Made by a program: the position numbers and the translations under genes
From: Antedon mediterranea
Lineage: Eukaryota; Animalia; Echinodermata
Direction of reading: 5' to 3'
Assembly: GCF_964355755.1 (NCBI RefSeq)
Contig: NC_092677.1
Span: 8,082,101-8,146,100, forward strand
DNA length: 64,000 nucleotides
In this document: positions 1 through 13,382 of the stretch, one piece after another
Layout: every line of letters starts with the position of its first letter
How positions within the stretch are numbered: the first letter of the stretch is position 1
Notes under the pieces: generated by a model
Databases searched by the model: none
The model's input: only the letters and a program-made list of their open reading frames with translations
Told to the model about the DNA's origin: nothing

Positions 1-1762
1 ATGTTTAATGTCTCAATTGGCCTGCGTGGGTACACAGTTAATTAGTTTCAAACAATAAATGTTATCATAATAGCGTGCACTAGTTCTTGTCAATTTCAGG
101 ACCGTATTTTAATTGTAATTTATCGGTTCCCTTTGGTAATACAAGTAGCCAAAAGGTGAAACGATATCTTTAAGTTTTAAATAATCAAAGAATGAAAGAA
201 TACCAGATCAGTTGAAAATATCAATAATTATACAACAATGACTGGTTTTTATAAATAAAAGATAAATATATACATATTCGTACAGAAAACTAAAGTTTTA
301 TAATGGGAACATAGGATGACAATTTATACCTATTTTTCGATAATCAAATTACTTCATGATCAATAAGAAATATATTAGTCGAGTCTTCCTTAAAACGCGA
401 ATATCTACAAAAACCGCACACCCATAATTCTCAACTTATAATAATTACTGACAGTATGTTCTGGTTTAAAAACTTGCAGAATTATGAAGTTGGTTTATCC
501 AAACAAGGCCATGATAATGGTGTTTTGACGCCGATGCTGCAAATGCCTAATGAACGAACAAAACTCTTTCAATTTCAACACCATACATAACACCTAATCA
601 CCGCTTTTACGTCATCTAATTGTCTATTTATCAACTAAAATCTTCTAAATGTTCACAGTAATGGAAATTTATTTGAAGCATCATTACATCGTAATATAAT
701 TTCTAAATCTGTTTTAATGTCAAGAATTTCGAGTAAGGATGATCAAGATATTTCATCAGTACAGCATTAAACGAATTCGTGTTAATTTGCCGTGGTGTAG
801 TTATTCAAAAGTTAATGCTATTGAAATGATTAAATGTAAAACATTGGATTATATCTATTATGTATGAACGAATGTTGTTCGACAAATCATTGTTGGTAAC
901 GATTAGGTTCGGTGCAGCTATTAACTCTATGTAATCTCAAGGAAAGACTCATCCGCATTGTATAGGAAATATATGATGTGTTCGTAGAGCATAGGAATTT
1001 AGAACTATCACGATTTAATCCGTTATTCTTTATCGCGGTGACAATAACAAACAAAACATCTCGATGCGCTGCTAAAATTTTAAACCTCTCGCACATAAAG
1101 TGCTAAATTCATTTACAAAAAAAAAGTTATAATTCCAAGATTTTGTGTAAATACTATTATATACTTATACGGCACAGTCTTTCTTAAAAACTCATTCTTA
1201 TTTTGTTTGTAAGTGTTTTCTTGTATAAAATGACATTTTATTTTGTTATGACTGTAATTTTACTGTAACGTCATGTAGGCCTATCCAGTTGTAGGTCCTA
1301 AAAGTGTATCTTAAAAATATGTTATGTTATGAAGAATAAAAAAAAGAGAAACTTTTTATAAAAAAGGCCTACAATGGTAAAAGGTTCAACATCAGGAGAA
1401 AACTTATTATCAATTGGTTTTCAGTCATGCCCGCGCAATCAATCAAAAACGTTGATTAGAGAATCAGTTCGAGAAAGTTACTTTACTTGTATGCATCGAT
1501 ATTTTTATTAGTTTAGTGGCACCATGTGCGAGCGTGGTAACTATAAAACCGGTCTCAATGCAGAAAGATTTCTGGCATGATTTATTTATATGACATATTG
1601 GATAATTACTGCACATCATGACTGGATCTAGGTCACATTTGTTGACGGCATTAGGTACCATGGGAGGACAACCAAGTATTTCAATATATTGGCTCAATAA
1701 TAGAGTTGATTGAAATGAAGTAGAGTGGGATTATCCTGTTGTGTGTTTTTTCTCTCTTGCAG

Positions 1763-1804
1763 GCTAAACATCGTGACGTTCAAAGTGCCGAGCGGCAGTA
1801 CTTT
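1763..1804 (+). CDS. TRPC-like cation channel, internal coding exon (AKHRDVQSAERQYF)
   Basis: Polypyrimidine tract plus CAG acceptor (tctctcttgcag, AG at 1761-1762) and GTAAGA donor at 1805. The 42-nt phase-0 exon joins in frame to the next exon, giving ...RQYF|MVIKQLVTRY, like TRPC 'YQEVMRNLVKRY'. Confidence 0.75.
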
Positions 1805-2817
1805 GTAAGATATACTGACTTGTTTTTATCTATAAAACCCGCTTGATAATACAATTTAAGTAAGAAACATAGGCATTGGGAAAATAATGAGCGTAGGATT
1901 AAAAACCTGCCAACTGAGCTTTTTTCTTTTCTTGTGGGTTCTTCCACCTTTTATTTTATCTATCTGTAGGAATAATATATCATTTTGAACATTGTTTCAT
2001 TTGTTATATTCACATTATAATAATCCATTCATTTATCACATTCATAAATGCATACACCTCACATAGATCCTCACTCCAATAATGTTGCTACTGGGCCTAT
2101 AAGACACAGTGATCCATATATCATGGTAGTATAACACCTGTCAGCTAACTTTTTTCTTTATTGAGTTAAACTAGATTCTGATACACGTAGGCCTACGTTA
2201 ACATCATTACATGTACCATATTTCTAAAATGACATTCATCATGAATGATCGGCATTGTTATGGTCGTGTTGTGTTTCATAATAAACAATGTCTTCATTTA
2301 GAAATCAAACACTGCACCATGTTACAAATATATACAAGATTCAAGTAGTAGAACATGATGATGACAAAGAATAATATCAAGCAACATAGAAACTAAGATA
2401 ACTGTCTACAGATAAATATTATATTTGGAAACAAGGTTATATAATGTATTTCTGATGGTTATCGCAATTTTCATGTCAAATTTACCATTGCTGCCATCAT
2501 CCTAATAGATGATTACCTCCAATAGTTACACGTCAGTTGTACAGTACACCGGAACTCCAGGTTGAAGTCCATGAAGACTCTTGTTCTGCCACTAACCAAA
2601 TTGTGATCGATGGGAACCACCTGTGTCTATCTTATGCTATTATCACCATCCAAATCATGAGATCGTTCTGTTTCTATTCCATAATAACATCTATAACTTT
2701 AATAAAAATGTATCTTCAGTCGCGATGCCAAATTTGCACCATCATCATCACAACATCAACACTACTAATATCATCTCTGTCACCCCAATTCATCGTTTAA
2801 ATTTATATTTTTTTTAG

Positions 2818-2936
2818 ATGGTAATAAAACAACTCGTGACTAGATACATAACAGAGAAAACTACCTCAAGCGATACCGAGTCTGGAGTTAGCCGAGCTGA
2901 TGTCATCAATATAAAAAATGATCTCGCTGTTTTCAG
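2818..2936 (+). CDS. TRPC-like cation channel, penultimate coding exon (MVIKQLVTRYITEKTTSSDTESGVSRADVINIKNDLAVFR)
   Basis: Acceptor tttttttag (AG at 2816-2817) and donor CAG|GTAA at 2936/2937. The translation matches the TRPC C-terminal rib helix and coiled coil pattern 'LVxRY...G...ExKxDISSFRxE'. Confidence 0.85.
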
Positions 2937-4201
2937 GTAATATATTTCTGCTATAGATTGCTATATAATTTCTTCTTAATTTTTTTTAGGTATAATAAAT
3001 AATAATTCAGACGTAAAGTCAGGCGATGGGTAATTTCAGAATACTTACAGTGATTAATTGACAAAAAAAAAATCCACTTGACTTAAAACGAGTCTCCATC
3101 TTTCTAAATTGGGATATATTATATCATTGAGGAATAAATCTATGTTAATATTTCATGTTTATATTGTTGTGTGTATGTTTTAGTACAGTTTATAGTAGAG
3201 CAGTTGAAAGAAGGAGATGTATACAGTATTGTGAGAGTTGAATTATATTTTTCACATTGAGAGGCTGCAAACATAATGAGTTGTGATTAATATAATTATC
3301 GTCCGATTCGCCTACATCACTACAGTACCACTTCCAGTATTCAGATAATGAAAGTTTGATGGTTGGTTCCAGAAATGTTATGTAGGCCAAGAAATACGAT
3401 GGCCAACATGTTATTAAAGAACTGATGAGTGGGGTAAAATACTTCAGGTCAATTTCCTCTAATTTTGGCTTTTAAAATATGGCTTTAACATCCAAACACG
3501 TATTTACATTGGTTATTCTCAATTTCAAAGAATTTGAGATTGCCCAAAGGCGTCCTAGATTAGATCTGGTTTAGTTTGTTATTTAAAGGAATTATTTTAT
3601 TACGAAAACACAAATAAATAGGTTGGGTTATTCACAAAAAGAATATTACTATTAAATTTGATACAATACTTTGTGAGTATAATCTATAGTAGATTTTTAG
3701 TATTGAAATGGGATAATATGTTTATAAGAACAATTCTATTTGTTACGGTATGTCGTAAAAACGTACATTTCAAAACTAATACATCCACATTTGGAAACTC
3801 TGGAAATAACGCATTAAATTAAAGAGTTTGTTTTGGCTATAAAAACATGAGTGCATAGTATTAAAACAAATGCTGTTAAGGAGTCGTTTCAAGCAAGATA
3901 TAAAAATGATTTACTTAAATTTCCTCACGTCCTACTCTTTTCCATTGTATTTTTTAATTACATTTATTTTGTACCTAATGTGTTAAGAACAGACCTCCTA
4001 AACAGCATAACTTAGTAGACAGCAACGATTGGTTCTCACTAGATAATTATTCATCGCATCATAATTTAAGCAGTTCGAACATCCATCGGAATAAAATAAT
4101 TGCGGTTCTTGGTGGAAACCACCCAACTATAGGAAATTCTGCCCTAACACGTTGGAAAAAATGTATTAAACGTTGCTATTATTTTCTTATATTTTGTACA
4201 G

Positions 4202-4436
4202 ATACGAGACATTTAAGATGTTAACTGGTCAAGAAAGAGCCTTTGCATCGCTAAATATCAGATACAATGAAATTCGTGAACAACTAGAAAAAGTTAATGA
4301 ACTTTACGACAAAACATCCGACCTAGACACAAACGTACAAGACCTGCGTGAACATACAATGGAAATACGTGAGACGGTTGATGATATGTCCATGTCAATA
4401 TTACCAGGATCGAAGCGAAGTACAAGTAACCTTTAG
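4202..4436 (+). CDS. TRPC-like cation channel, terminal coding exon (YETFKML...coiled coil...STSNL*)
   Basis: Acceptor attttgtacag (ends at 4201). The phase-2 junction AG|A restores the Arg of 'FRYE'. Open to TAG at 4434-4436, with a heptad-like coiled-coil composition. Corresponds to the 3' part of ORF 4173..4436. Confidence 0.85.
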
Positions 4437-4539
4437 AGGTGTTCATAATCTAAAGAGATATTCTGAGTGTAATAACAAGAATAACTTAGATGCCATACTA
4501 TATGTCCACACTATTGTCAGCACTTTGATGATGTGTTTC

Positions 4540-4650
4540 CACTTTGACACAACGCAGGCCAACCACAAGCGCCAGTTCGGATGATCAATCGCGTCATGAT
4601 TGGTCAAATTACTCCGTTATTTCGTTGTGCCCAATTGGAAGCCAAGCTTG
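4540..4650. mobile_element. Degenerate copy of the AAGCTTGGTTCCCACTAG MITE family
   Basis: Contains ...acaacgcaggccaaccacaagcg...gattggtcaaattac...ggaagccaagctt, matching the internal motifs and terminus of the better copies at 17269 and 29727. Confidence 0.55.
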
Positions 4651-5096
4651 ACACTAATCATCGTGTGTTATAACAGAAGATGTTCCTGCTTCTGTATATA
4701 AATTAAAATTACTATAAGTTTTCTAATTGTCTTTCAGCAAGTGCTGTCGGCAAAGGGTATCTAATTAATAGTGTTCAGAGTGCGATATGGCTACTCTTTA
4801 GTCGATTTTAGATACTGTATATATAATTTTTCCAATAGACAATTTCTGTATACAGTTTCACATATACATCCCATGTGACACCTGTATCGTAGGTCATATA
4901 AACCTAACTTAACTATAATGGTAGCGTATTATATTATACATAATATGCCACTTTAATTCAGAAGGATACTGAACAGATGAAGTATCAAATGTGGAGCTAA
5001 GATCAGTACAGAGATACATACAGATTATGGAAAGAAATCGTTTACCACAGGTATTATGCATAGTTTTGCTTAAAATTCGACACGTAAAATCATATG

Positions 5097-5522
5097 ATCA
5101 TATACGGTATCGTGATTAAAAAACGTCACAAACACGGCGTAAATTGTATGGTCCATACGGTATCGTGAGTAAAATCGTCACAAAAACAGCGTAAATCGTA
5201 CATGGTCCATACGGTAGCGTGTGTACAAAAAAACGTCACAAACACAGCGTAAACCGTGTATGGTCCATACGGTAGCGTGAGTAAAAAAAACGTCACAAAC
5301 ACAGCGTAAATCGTATGGTCCATACGGTATCGTGAGTAAAACACGTCACAAACACAGCGTAAATCATAGTCCATACGGTAGCGTAAGGAAAAAACGTCAC
5401 AGACACAGCGTAAATCGTATGGTCTATACGGTATCGTGAGGAAAAAACGTCACAGACGCATGTAAAAACATCACGCACAGGGTAAATCGAAGATTCACAT
5501 AATATGCCTACGGTATCGTAAC
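5097..5522. repeat. Minisatellite, ~54-bp unit, ~8 copies
   Basis: Repeated catacggtatcgtgagtaaaaaacgtcacaaacacagcgtaaatcgtatggtc. Confidence 0.9.
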
Positions 5523-7257
5523 AAAAACATCATAAACATAGCCAAGACTGCTACGTGAAAGGATTTATCTTTATCATTAATCTGTAATCAGTAATAATGT
5601 AAGCCTTTATACCTATAAAAATCAACATTCCCATATTGAAACTGTAATATATCATCATTTATGAATACGGTTTCTCATTTTTCACCTGTCCACTGAATGG
5701 CGTTTTCTTATAAATCAGACATGACTCAATAATATATATATATACAGTATATATTAATTTGATATTTCAACCTTCAATATTTTTAATATTTCCAGCAATA
5801 ACAAGATAGTGTGTCATTTGACTTACATATTTATTGTAAGAATGTAAAAACACGTTGATTTTCCTTCTATGAGTTATTACCGTATTATTGCAATGTTTAT
5901 TTTTTTATGTTATATTAAACACATGATCTTGAACCGCGTTAACCTACAGTGTTCAATTTCTGATTCTTTTTTTCATCGTCGTAATCAGTTATTAACTTTG
6001 CGAATCCTAATGGGATATGGTGATTTATAAATGTTACAGCGTATAATGTATATTTAATCCATTATACACTATCATGAAAGATACTGCACTCAGTGAAAGC
6101 AAATTAATTTACTGTTGAATAATTCCATCGAGTTGATGTCGGATTTATTTAATAATGACACGACTGAACCGAAAGATTGCAACGTATGATTTTATAATAT
6201 ATTTATAAGTAACATCAGGATTAAATGTTGTGAGGGACTGTATCATGGAATTTTTAAGTTAAAGGGTCGGTCAAGACTACTGTATGTACATTGATATTGA
6301 CAACAATAAAGAATTTTAAACCCGGAGCTACCACGTAAAGGTAAATACTGTGGCAATGTACGTCACATTTGAGATACTGTAGAATGGAATTATGTTAAAG
6401 TTAAAGGGTATGTGGGTCTGAAATATACTATTATTATATATACCTTTGCAACTACATCATTGATATTGGCAGCCATAAATAATAGAAAGTTTAATCCTGG
6501 AGCCACCCTTTAAGAGGTAAATATCTGTAAAAAGACCATGTTACACAGACGTAAAATTCAGATAGTAATAAGAATGGACTGCTCATTTTGTTTAGTTCAT
6601 TAAAAATTGTTGGTCTTCCCTTACGTAATTAAGTTTAATTAATTGGCCATGAAGCTAAAATTAAACAAAACACCCACCCGTTTTTATTCGTAGGCAATTG
6701 AAAACTAAAATGATTCACGAGTAAAAAACTGATGCATGCGCATATTCAAAAGTTTATTCGAGCTGTAACGTACTTTTAACTTTATGTTTGGTGGAACATG
6801 TATGTGTAAATAGTAACACTAACTATATAAACCAAATTCAAATTATTATAATAATATAAGTAAATATAACGTATAATGTTATTATTGAGTTTCATTTTGA
6901 TTATGAACTTATAATGTAACCTTTTAATCGTAGCTATTTTAGGAATAGTATACTCTACTCCCAGTGTTTTATATCAGTTATTTTATTGTTTTATTACGTT
7001 GCAAGCTTGGGTTACACTATCAATCTTCACAAAATTAAAATGAAATATCATACTAAAAATTATCAAATACATTTGTTTCTTTCACGAGTGGTGTAGCATT
7101 ACCAATGAACTATTGTACAATTCAAGATTTATTTTGTTCTATTTTTTTATTTGTATCATAATATTGTCATGACTTTTACTTGTGATATGGTAAACAAACT
7201 TAAATTTCTCTGATGATTATGAGTAGGCCTACTCTTGAGGTACAGTATTATCAATTT

Positions 7258-7500
7258 ATGATAAGCTCTTCTGAAACTACTGCTCTGTGAACACCTTATA
7301 AACTCTTCTGAAATTACTGCTCTGGATACACCATATAATCTCTTCTGACACAACTGCTCTGTGACTACCTTATAAACTCTTCTGAAACTATTGCTCTATG
7401 AACACCCTATACACTTTTCTGAAGCTGTACGTCCTCTAATGAACACCCTATAAACTCTTCCGAAACTACTGCTCAATGAACACACTATAAACTCTTGCTA
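7258..7500. repeat. Minisatellite, ~37-40-bp unit, ~6 copies
   Basis: Repeated ataaactcttctgaaactactgctctgtgaacaccct, with divergence between copies. Confidence 0.85.
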
Positions 7501-10493
7501 TAATTATGACCATTATTCCAAAGTCTAAAGTTTGGCTTAAAGTCGATGTTTCTCTGTAGGGACTGTTCATTTTCCTACTAATTATCAGTTTTATACCTTA
7601 ACTACTTACTAACTAAACAAGTATCTAATATATATAAATTAAAGCAACTTCCTTCTCATATGTTCATCTTTCTAATCTCCTCAACAATGCTAAGTTTAAT
7701 TTCGGGAAAAGGAAAATGGAATTGCATGCATGCTGTAACTGGGACCTGAACTGAAATAACATATCTCTAGGCAGTGATAAGCGTCTTTATGATTATAATT
7801 CATACCGAAGATGGCCACATCTGAATGGGTTTGAGAGTGACTAATTACGCGATTGCCAAGGGATATATGATTTTTTTCAGTAGGTTCGTGATTACATTTC
7901 TGGTCAATATTTTGGTTACGGCAAAGTTTAGTCGACTCTCCAGTCAGGAAAAATATATAATACAGTTGTGTATGTGTGACACACCACGTATAGTATATCA
8001 TAATTCGAATCTTCCGCTTGGTGTGATTTTGCTTGTTCCACAGAGGCATATTGAGCAGCTTTGCTTCATCAGCCTTATGGCTGCGAAGCCAGCCTAGTTC
8101 TGTGCTTACGTTATATTTAATTAGATCTCGGTTGGGCTCCGTTTAAAATAAAATAGGAACGCAAATAATAGCAAAGTTTATTAAAGTTCAGTTGATATTG
8201 TTGTAAATACTTATAAAAAAAATTAAAAAAAAGGTTGCCATAGCTTGAAAAAATTCATTATAAGAGCACCCGAGCCTTGGGTAAAATATTGTACCGATTC
8301 TTATAATGAAAGATGTACAGTATAGTGATTTCAATTATAATTATCTACCTTTATAAAGTGCACAAGGTCAAAATCGTTATATCAAAGTCGCTAAGAATAA
8401 AATCGAACATATAGACTTTCTAATTAACTACGTAATTTTTGTCAGAAACGTGGATTTCATTGAAAGCGTATTACCATTATTCCATACACATCCAAATTAA
8501 ATTAAATCGAAAGATCGGTGGAAAAATACACATTATGGGGTAATAGAATTAAATAATAATACATAATATTAACTATTAATTAGTAATATCTGTGAGCTTT
8601 CTACCGTTCTGACTTATATAAAGTATCAGGTGCATCAATATTATTTATATGTCTTATAGCAAACTTTACCATTTTGTTTGCAAACTCCGACACTTGAAGA
8701 GGTGTAATATAAGTGACTTAAAACGAATGTGTTGAATATAAAGGCATGTTACTAATGTATATTTGTATTTGGTTGTCTTTACCTATTGAATGAAGTATGG
8801 GAAGGCTTCTCTGTATTTATTTAATGATAGTGATTTAAAATTGTAACCAAATATATTCATTTATATAGGTTATACTACTGGAATCATATAGGCCTACTAT
8901 ATTTTTGACTAGTTAATTATAACAGCATTTCAATATAAATAATATGGCGTCTTATTGTTGTCCTGTCTAATAAAATACATACTGTATCATAATTATTAAA
9001 CAACCAATCAGACGCTTTGGAATTTGAAATAATAATACAATGTGACGGTTTCATAATTTATAATCAAAATGTTTTGATCAAATCTGTCGATGAAACGTCG
9101 GTCAATACAAAGAGTAATGTAGAAAGTGCCACTGGGGAATATGGTTGTATGCTTGTTCCTTATTATTAAAATATGGATCCATATAAATGGGGTGTCAGAG
9201 TGTGACCAGAGTTAAACTACATTTTGAAACAGTTCTGGGTATCTTTGTTTACAAATTATCCCATTGGTTGTGATTTTAGGTAAATAGTTTTTTATTTATA
9301 TAGATTTAAGAATTTCTTACTGTTTAAAGATAAGGTAGCTTGAGATTATTGTTTCAACCATGGATAACGCTTACAATAACATAATTAAGTTGGAACATAA
9401 TGACGCCATATTGTGAACGTTTGAGAGCGCTCTTTTTGTGGGATTCCGACATAGTTGCCATTTCTGGCATTATTATGCTTTTTGGCATTATTTGGAGGCC
9501 CACGGCATCTGGCATAATGCCGCGACATTATTTAGCCGTTTTTAGCATAATCTGGCATAATTTTGTGTTTTTTGAACAACCAAAAAAATAATATACCACA
9601 GAACAAAAATAAAATATTTTGTTAATACATATCACCTTACACAATATCATATCGTACAAAACAGATCTGTTCGGGTTTTCCGTACAATAGTTCTTCCATC
9701 CTTTCGTTTCGGACTTAATCGACTCTTCGGATAGGAAGGCTGTTCGAAAACTACCGTGTGTGCGATATAGGCAGCACAACAAATCCGAAGAGGCTAGCTA
9801 TTGGCCAATTATGTTGCTCTATTTCAGAGACCATGCAGGTTATTGGATCCCCAGATATAGAGACAATTGAACGAAAACATTATGAAAGGGGTTTTGTTTT
9901 TTCAGTTCATAATTATAAGCGGCCACATCTCTACCCCAACCCTTAAAATGGCAATTTCCGGTAACTAGAAGATCTAATTTTAAAAAGAATTTCTTCTAGA
10001 GAATTTGTTTTCCATATTTCAAATTATGTTCCATTTGCATCGTCGTAGCAACCCTATATTTCCAAATGTTCTTCACCTCTCAGTGACCATGATGGGGCGA
10101 AGTCCCAGGGACTCTTATACATTTTTATTTAAAATTAAGTGCAATTTCCGGCCATCTAGAAGCTCTATTTTTCCAATTTGTTTTACCTCAGTCCCAACCA
10201 TGGTGGGGCTGAGGTCCTGGAAACACTTAATATATATTTTTATTTCCTATTTTAAATTATAATTGGCACTTTCAAAACTATCATGGGCTAAGATCCTGGA
10301 GGTACTAATAAATATATTTTTATTTTATATTTAAAATTAAGTGCCATTTTCGGCCATTGAGCAGCTCTATTTTTTTCAAATTTTCTTACCTCAGCCCCTA
10401 CCATGGTGGGGTTGAGGTCCTGGAGACACAATTAATATATATTTTGATTTCCTATTTTAAATTATAATTGCCATTTTCGAACTATGGTGGGCT

Positions 10494-13060
10494 ATTGAAA
10501 TAGAACAGATACATGGGAAAAATATCATCGTGGGAACAATCTATCGTGCTCCGTCTTTGAATATCAATGCATTCAATGATATCCTAGATAACCTACTTCA
10601 TACTCTTTCAACTGAAAATAAGCTGGTATATCTGTTGGGTGATTTCAATATAGATATTTTGCAATATACTTATGAAACCACAACTAACAATTTTGTAAAC
10701 ACTCTTTTTAGCAACTTTTATTACCGCTAATACTTAGACCTACTAGGATAACATCAAATAGTTCTACTCTTATTGATAACATATTAACCAACCAGCCTGA
10801 TTTACACCTCGCTAGTGGTCAGCTCTATTGCGATATTTCCGATCACCTACCTGTTTTTTCTATATCTACCTTAACATACAAAAATACTCAAGCAGTCAGT
10901 AGACCTCCAAATAAACCTTTTAGGAAAATTAATGAAAATAACATCGAACAATTTAAACGAGAGCTTAGCGTAATAACATGGAACGATGTGAACTTATTGC
11001 AAGAACCTAATCAAGCTTATAATACTTTTGAAACTAAATTAAAACTTTTATATAATAAACATTTTCCAATGACTACGCAAAGTAATAAAAACACAAAATT
11101 AAAACCTTGGATGTCAAATGGTTTGTTGCAATCTACTAAATATAAACACAAGTTATATGCTAAATACCTAAATAATCCTACCAATCATAATAAAATAAAA
11201 TACACTAAATTCCGTAATACCTTAAATTCACTTATTAAACGTGTTAAAACCGAATACTATCAAAACAGATTTACTCAATGTCAACATGATATTAAATGTA
11301 CATGGCGCGTAATCAACTCCTTGATTAAAAGGTCTCCGAATTCAAATACGAAAGTTGTTCTAACAGGCAATAATGGTGAATCCATTGAAGACCCGTCTCA
11401 AATCGCAAATGAATTCAATAAGTTTTTTGTCGAAATTGGACCAACTCTTTCAAAAAAATTGCCAACCGATCAATCTGATTTTAAAACGTTTTTGCCCTTA
11501 CCTACTTTAAACTCTTTATTTATGTGTCCAGTATCTGATACAGAAATTATAGATATTGTCAAGTGTTTTAAAACTAATAAAGCGCAAGGACTTGATGAAT
11601 TCAGTCCAAAAGTTATTAAACAATCAATTTCCCTTTTGGTTAAACCTCTATGTCCCATATTTAATCTGTCTTTAACAAAAGGAGTTTTTCCAAATAAATT
11701 GAAATTGGCAAGAGTTACTCCCATCTTTAAAGCAGGAAAAAAGGACACTTTATCTAATTACCGACCGATCTCAGTCCTTTCACTATTTTCTAAAATATTA
11801 AAAAGAATTATCTATAATAGAACCTATGCCTTTATGGAAAAAAATAATATTCTATTCAATAAGCAATTTGGATTTCGCAAACATTTTGATACCGCAATGG
11901 CCTTAATTGATTTGTCCAATGAAATAGTAGATGCATTTGAAAATGATGAGTTTGCAATTGGTGTTTTTGTCGATCTATCGAAAGCATTCGATACCATTAA
12001 CCATCCCATTCTTCTTTCAAAACTGTATCACTATGGTATTCGCGGTGTTCCTCTCAATTTATTTAAGAGCTATTTATCCAACCGCTACCAATGTACCAAG
12101 TTTTGTGATTCCCAATCTGACTATTTGCCTATTACCTGTGGAGTACCACAAGGTTCATTACTAGGTCCTCTTCTGTTTCTTTTATATGTGAATGATATTT
12201 ACAATTCGTCAGTATCTTTATCTTACTTTTTATATACAGATGACACAACACTAATCTGTAAAAATCGACACTTAGAGTCGTTATTTAACACTGTAAATAC
12301 AAGTTTAATTAATGTATCCGAATGGTTTCTGGCAAACAGCCTTTCTGTAAATCTAAAAAAGTGCAGCTATGTTTTGTTTAGAAGTAGTACGATGCCGATT
12401 AAATTAGGTCCATTGCAAATTAAACTAAATGGTTCTGTTCTCCCCATGGTCAATCATGCTAAATTTTTGGGTGTATCCATTGATAGTCGTCTGACATGGA
12501 AACCCCATGTTATTGAGACAGAAAACAAAATCTCAAAAAATATTGGTATAATTTGTAGACTGGCATCTTTTCTTCCACATCATATTCTCCGAACACTCTA
12601 CTGCTCCCTTGTTTTGCCATATCTTTTATATTGCAATATCGTTTGGTGTAACACATTCCCATCTAATTTAAATAAATTTCAAATATTACAAAAGAAAATC
12701 ATTCGAATAATTTCGAATGTTTCACCTAGAACTAGTACAGATCCTATATTTCGTTCTCTCAAATTATTAAAATTAACAGATATTAATATTTTCCAACAAT
12801 GTTTATTCATTTACAAAAGCCAAAATGCTCTTCTTCCATCTTATTTACGCGATATGTTTTCTCCCAATTATGAATTTCACGGCTATTCCACAAGAATCCT
12901 TAATAACCTTCATATTCCTAAACACAAAAAGACTTCTTTTCAACATAATATTAGATTTACTGGACCCAAGATATGGAACTCACTTCCTAACAAAATTACA
13001 ACTTCTGCAAACAAACATAGCTTCGTCTTTAACACTAAACAATATCTAATACAAAAGTAA
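10494..13060 (+). pseudogene. LINE ORF2 (partial AP-endonuclease plus reverse transcriptase), truncated and frameshifted
   Basis: Endonuclease motifs GDFN and, after a frameshift at ~10720, LPLILRPTRIT...LIDNI...ISDHLPV. RT motifs NYRPIS, QFGFR, DLSKAFD, GVPQGSLLGPLLF, YTDD (canonical Y/FADD) and KFLGV. Stop at 13058-13060. Confidence 0.92.
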
Positions 13061-13382
13061 ATTAATTAACTAGTTATATTCTAGGTATCAGTTTTTATTG
13101 TTTTCATATTCCGTTATGGTAATTACTTTATTCCTATATACCATTTACTATTATTTACTAATTTGATTTTAGTTACTTTTTGTTTTGTTCAGGCACTTTC
13201 AACACAAGCTTTTGCTTTTTAGAAATTGTGCCTCCTTCATAATATTGTTTTATTCATTTTAAAGATGAGAAAAAAAAATTGTATTGTTTTAACTATCTTT
13301 CTTCTCGTCATGAATGTTGTATTATATTATTTATTTTGTATATTATGAAGGAAATAAATGTTACTATGAAATGAAATGAAAT
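10494..13382 (+). mobile_element. 5'-truncated non-LTR retrotransposon (CR1/L2/Crack-type LINE)
   Basis: Begins mid-endonuclease (IEIEQIHGKNIIVGTIYRAP), carries a full RT domain, then a ~300-bp 3' UTR with AATAAA and an (ATGAA)3 tail at 13366-13380. There is no long TSD, as is typical of CR1/L2 clades. Confidence 0.92.

Noticed and set aside
5097-5522. ORFs 5126..5374 and 5293..5478 as repeat proteins, or the array as a CRISPR
   Set aside because: Pure minisatellite with no unique spacers and no splice or codon evidence.
6225-6530. Diverged ~150-bp direct duplication
   Set aside because: Visible but old and featureless, with no TE ends or coding signal.
7696-8097. 117-aa and 90-aa ORFs; a CxxC-like stretch (QSCSICL) on the minus strand
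   Set aside because: No recognisable domain and interrupted by stops. It may be a decayed transposon fragment but cannot be supported.
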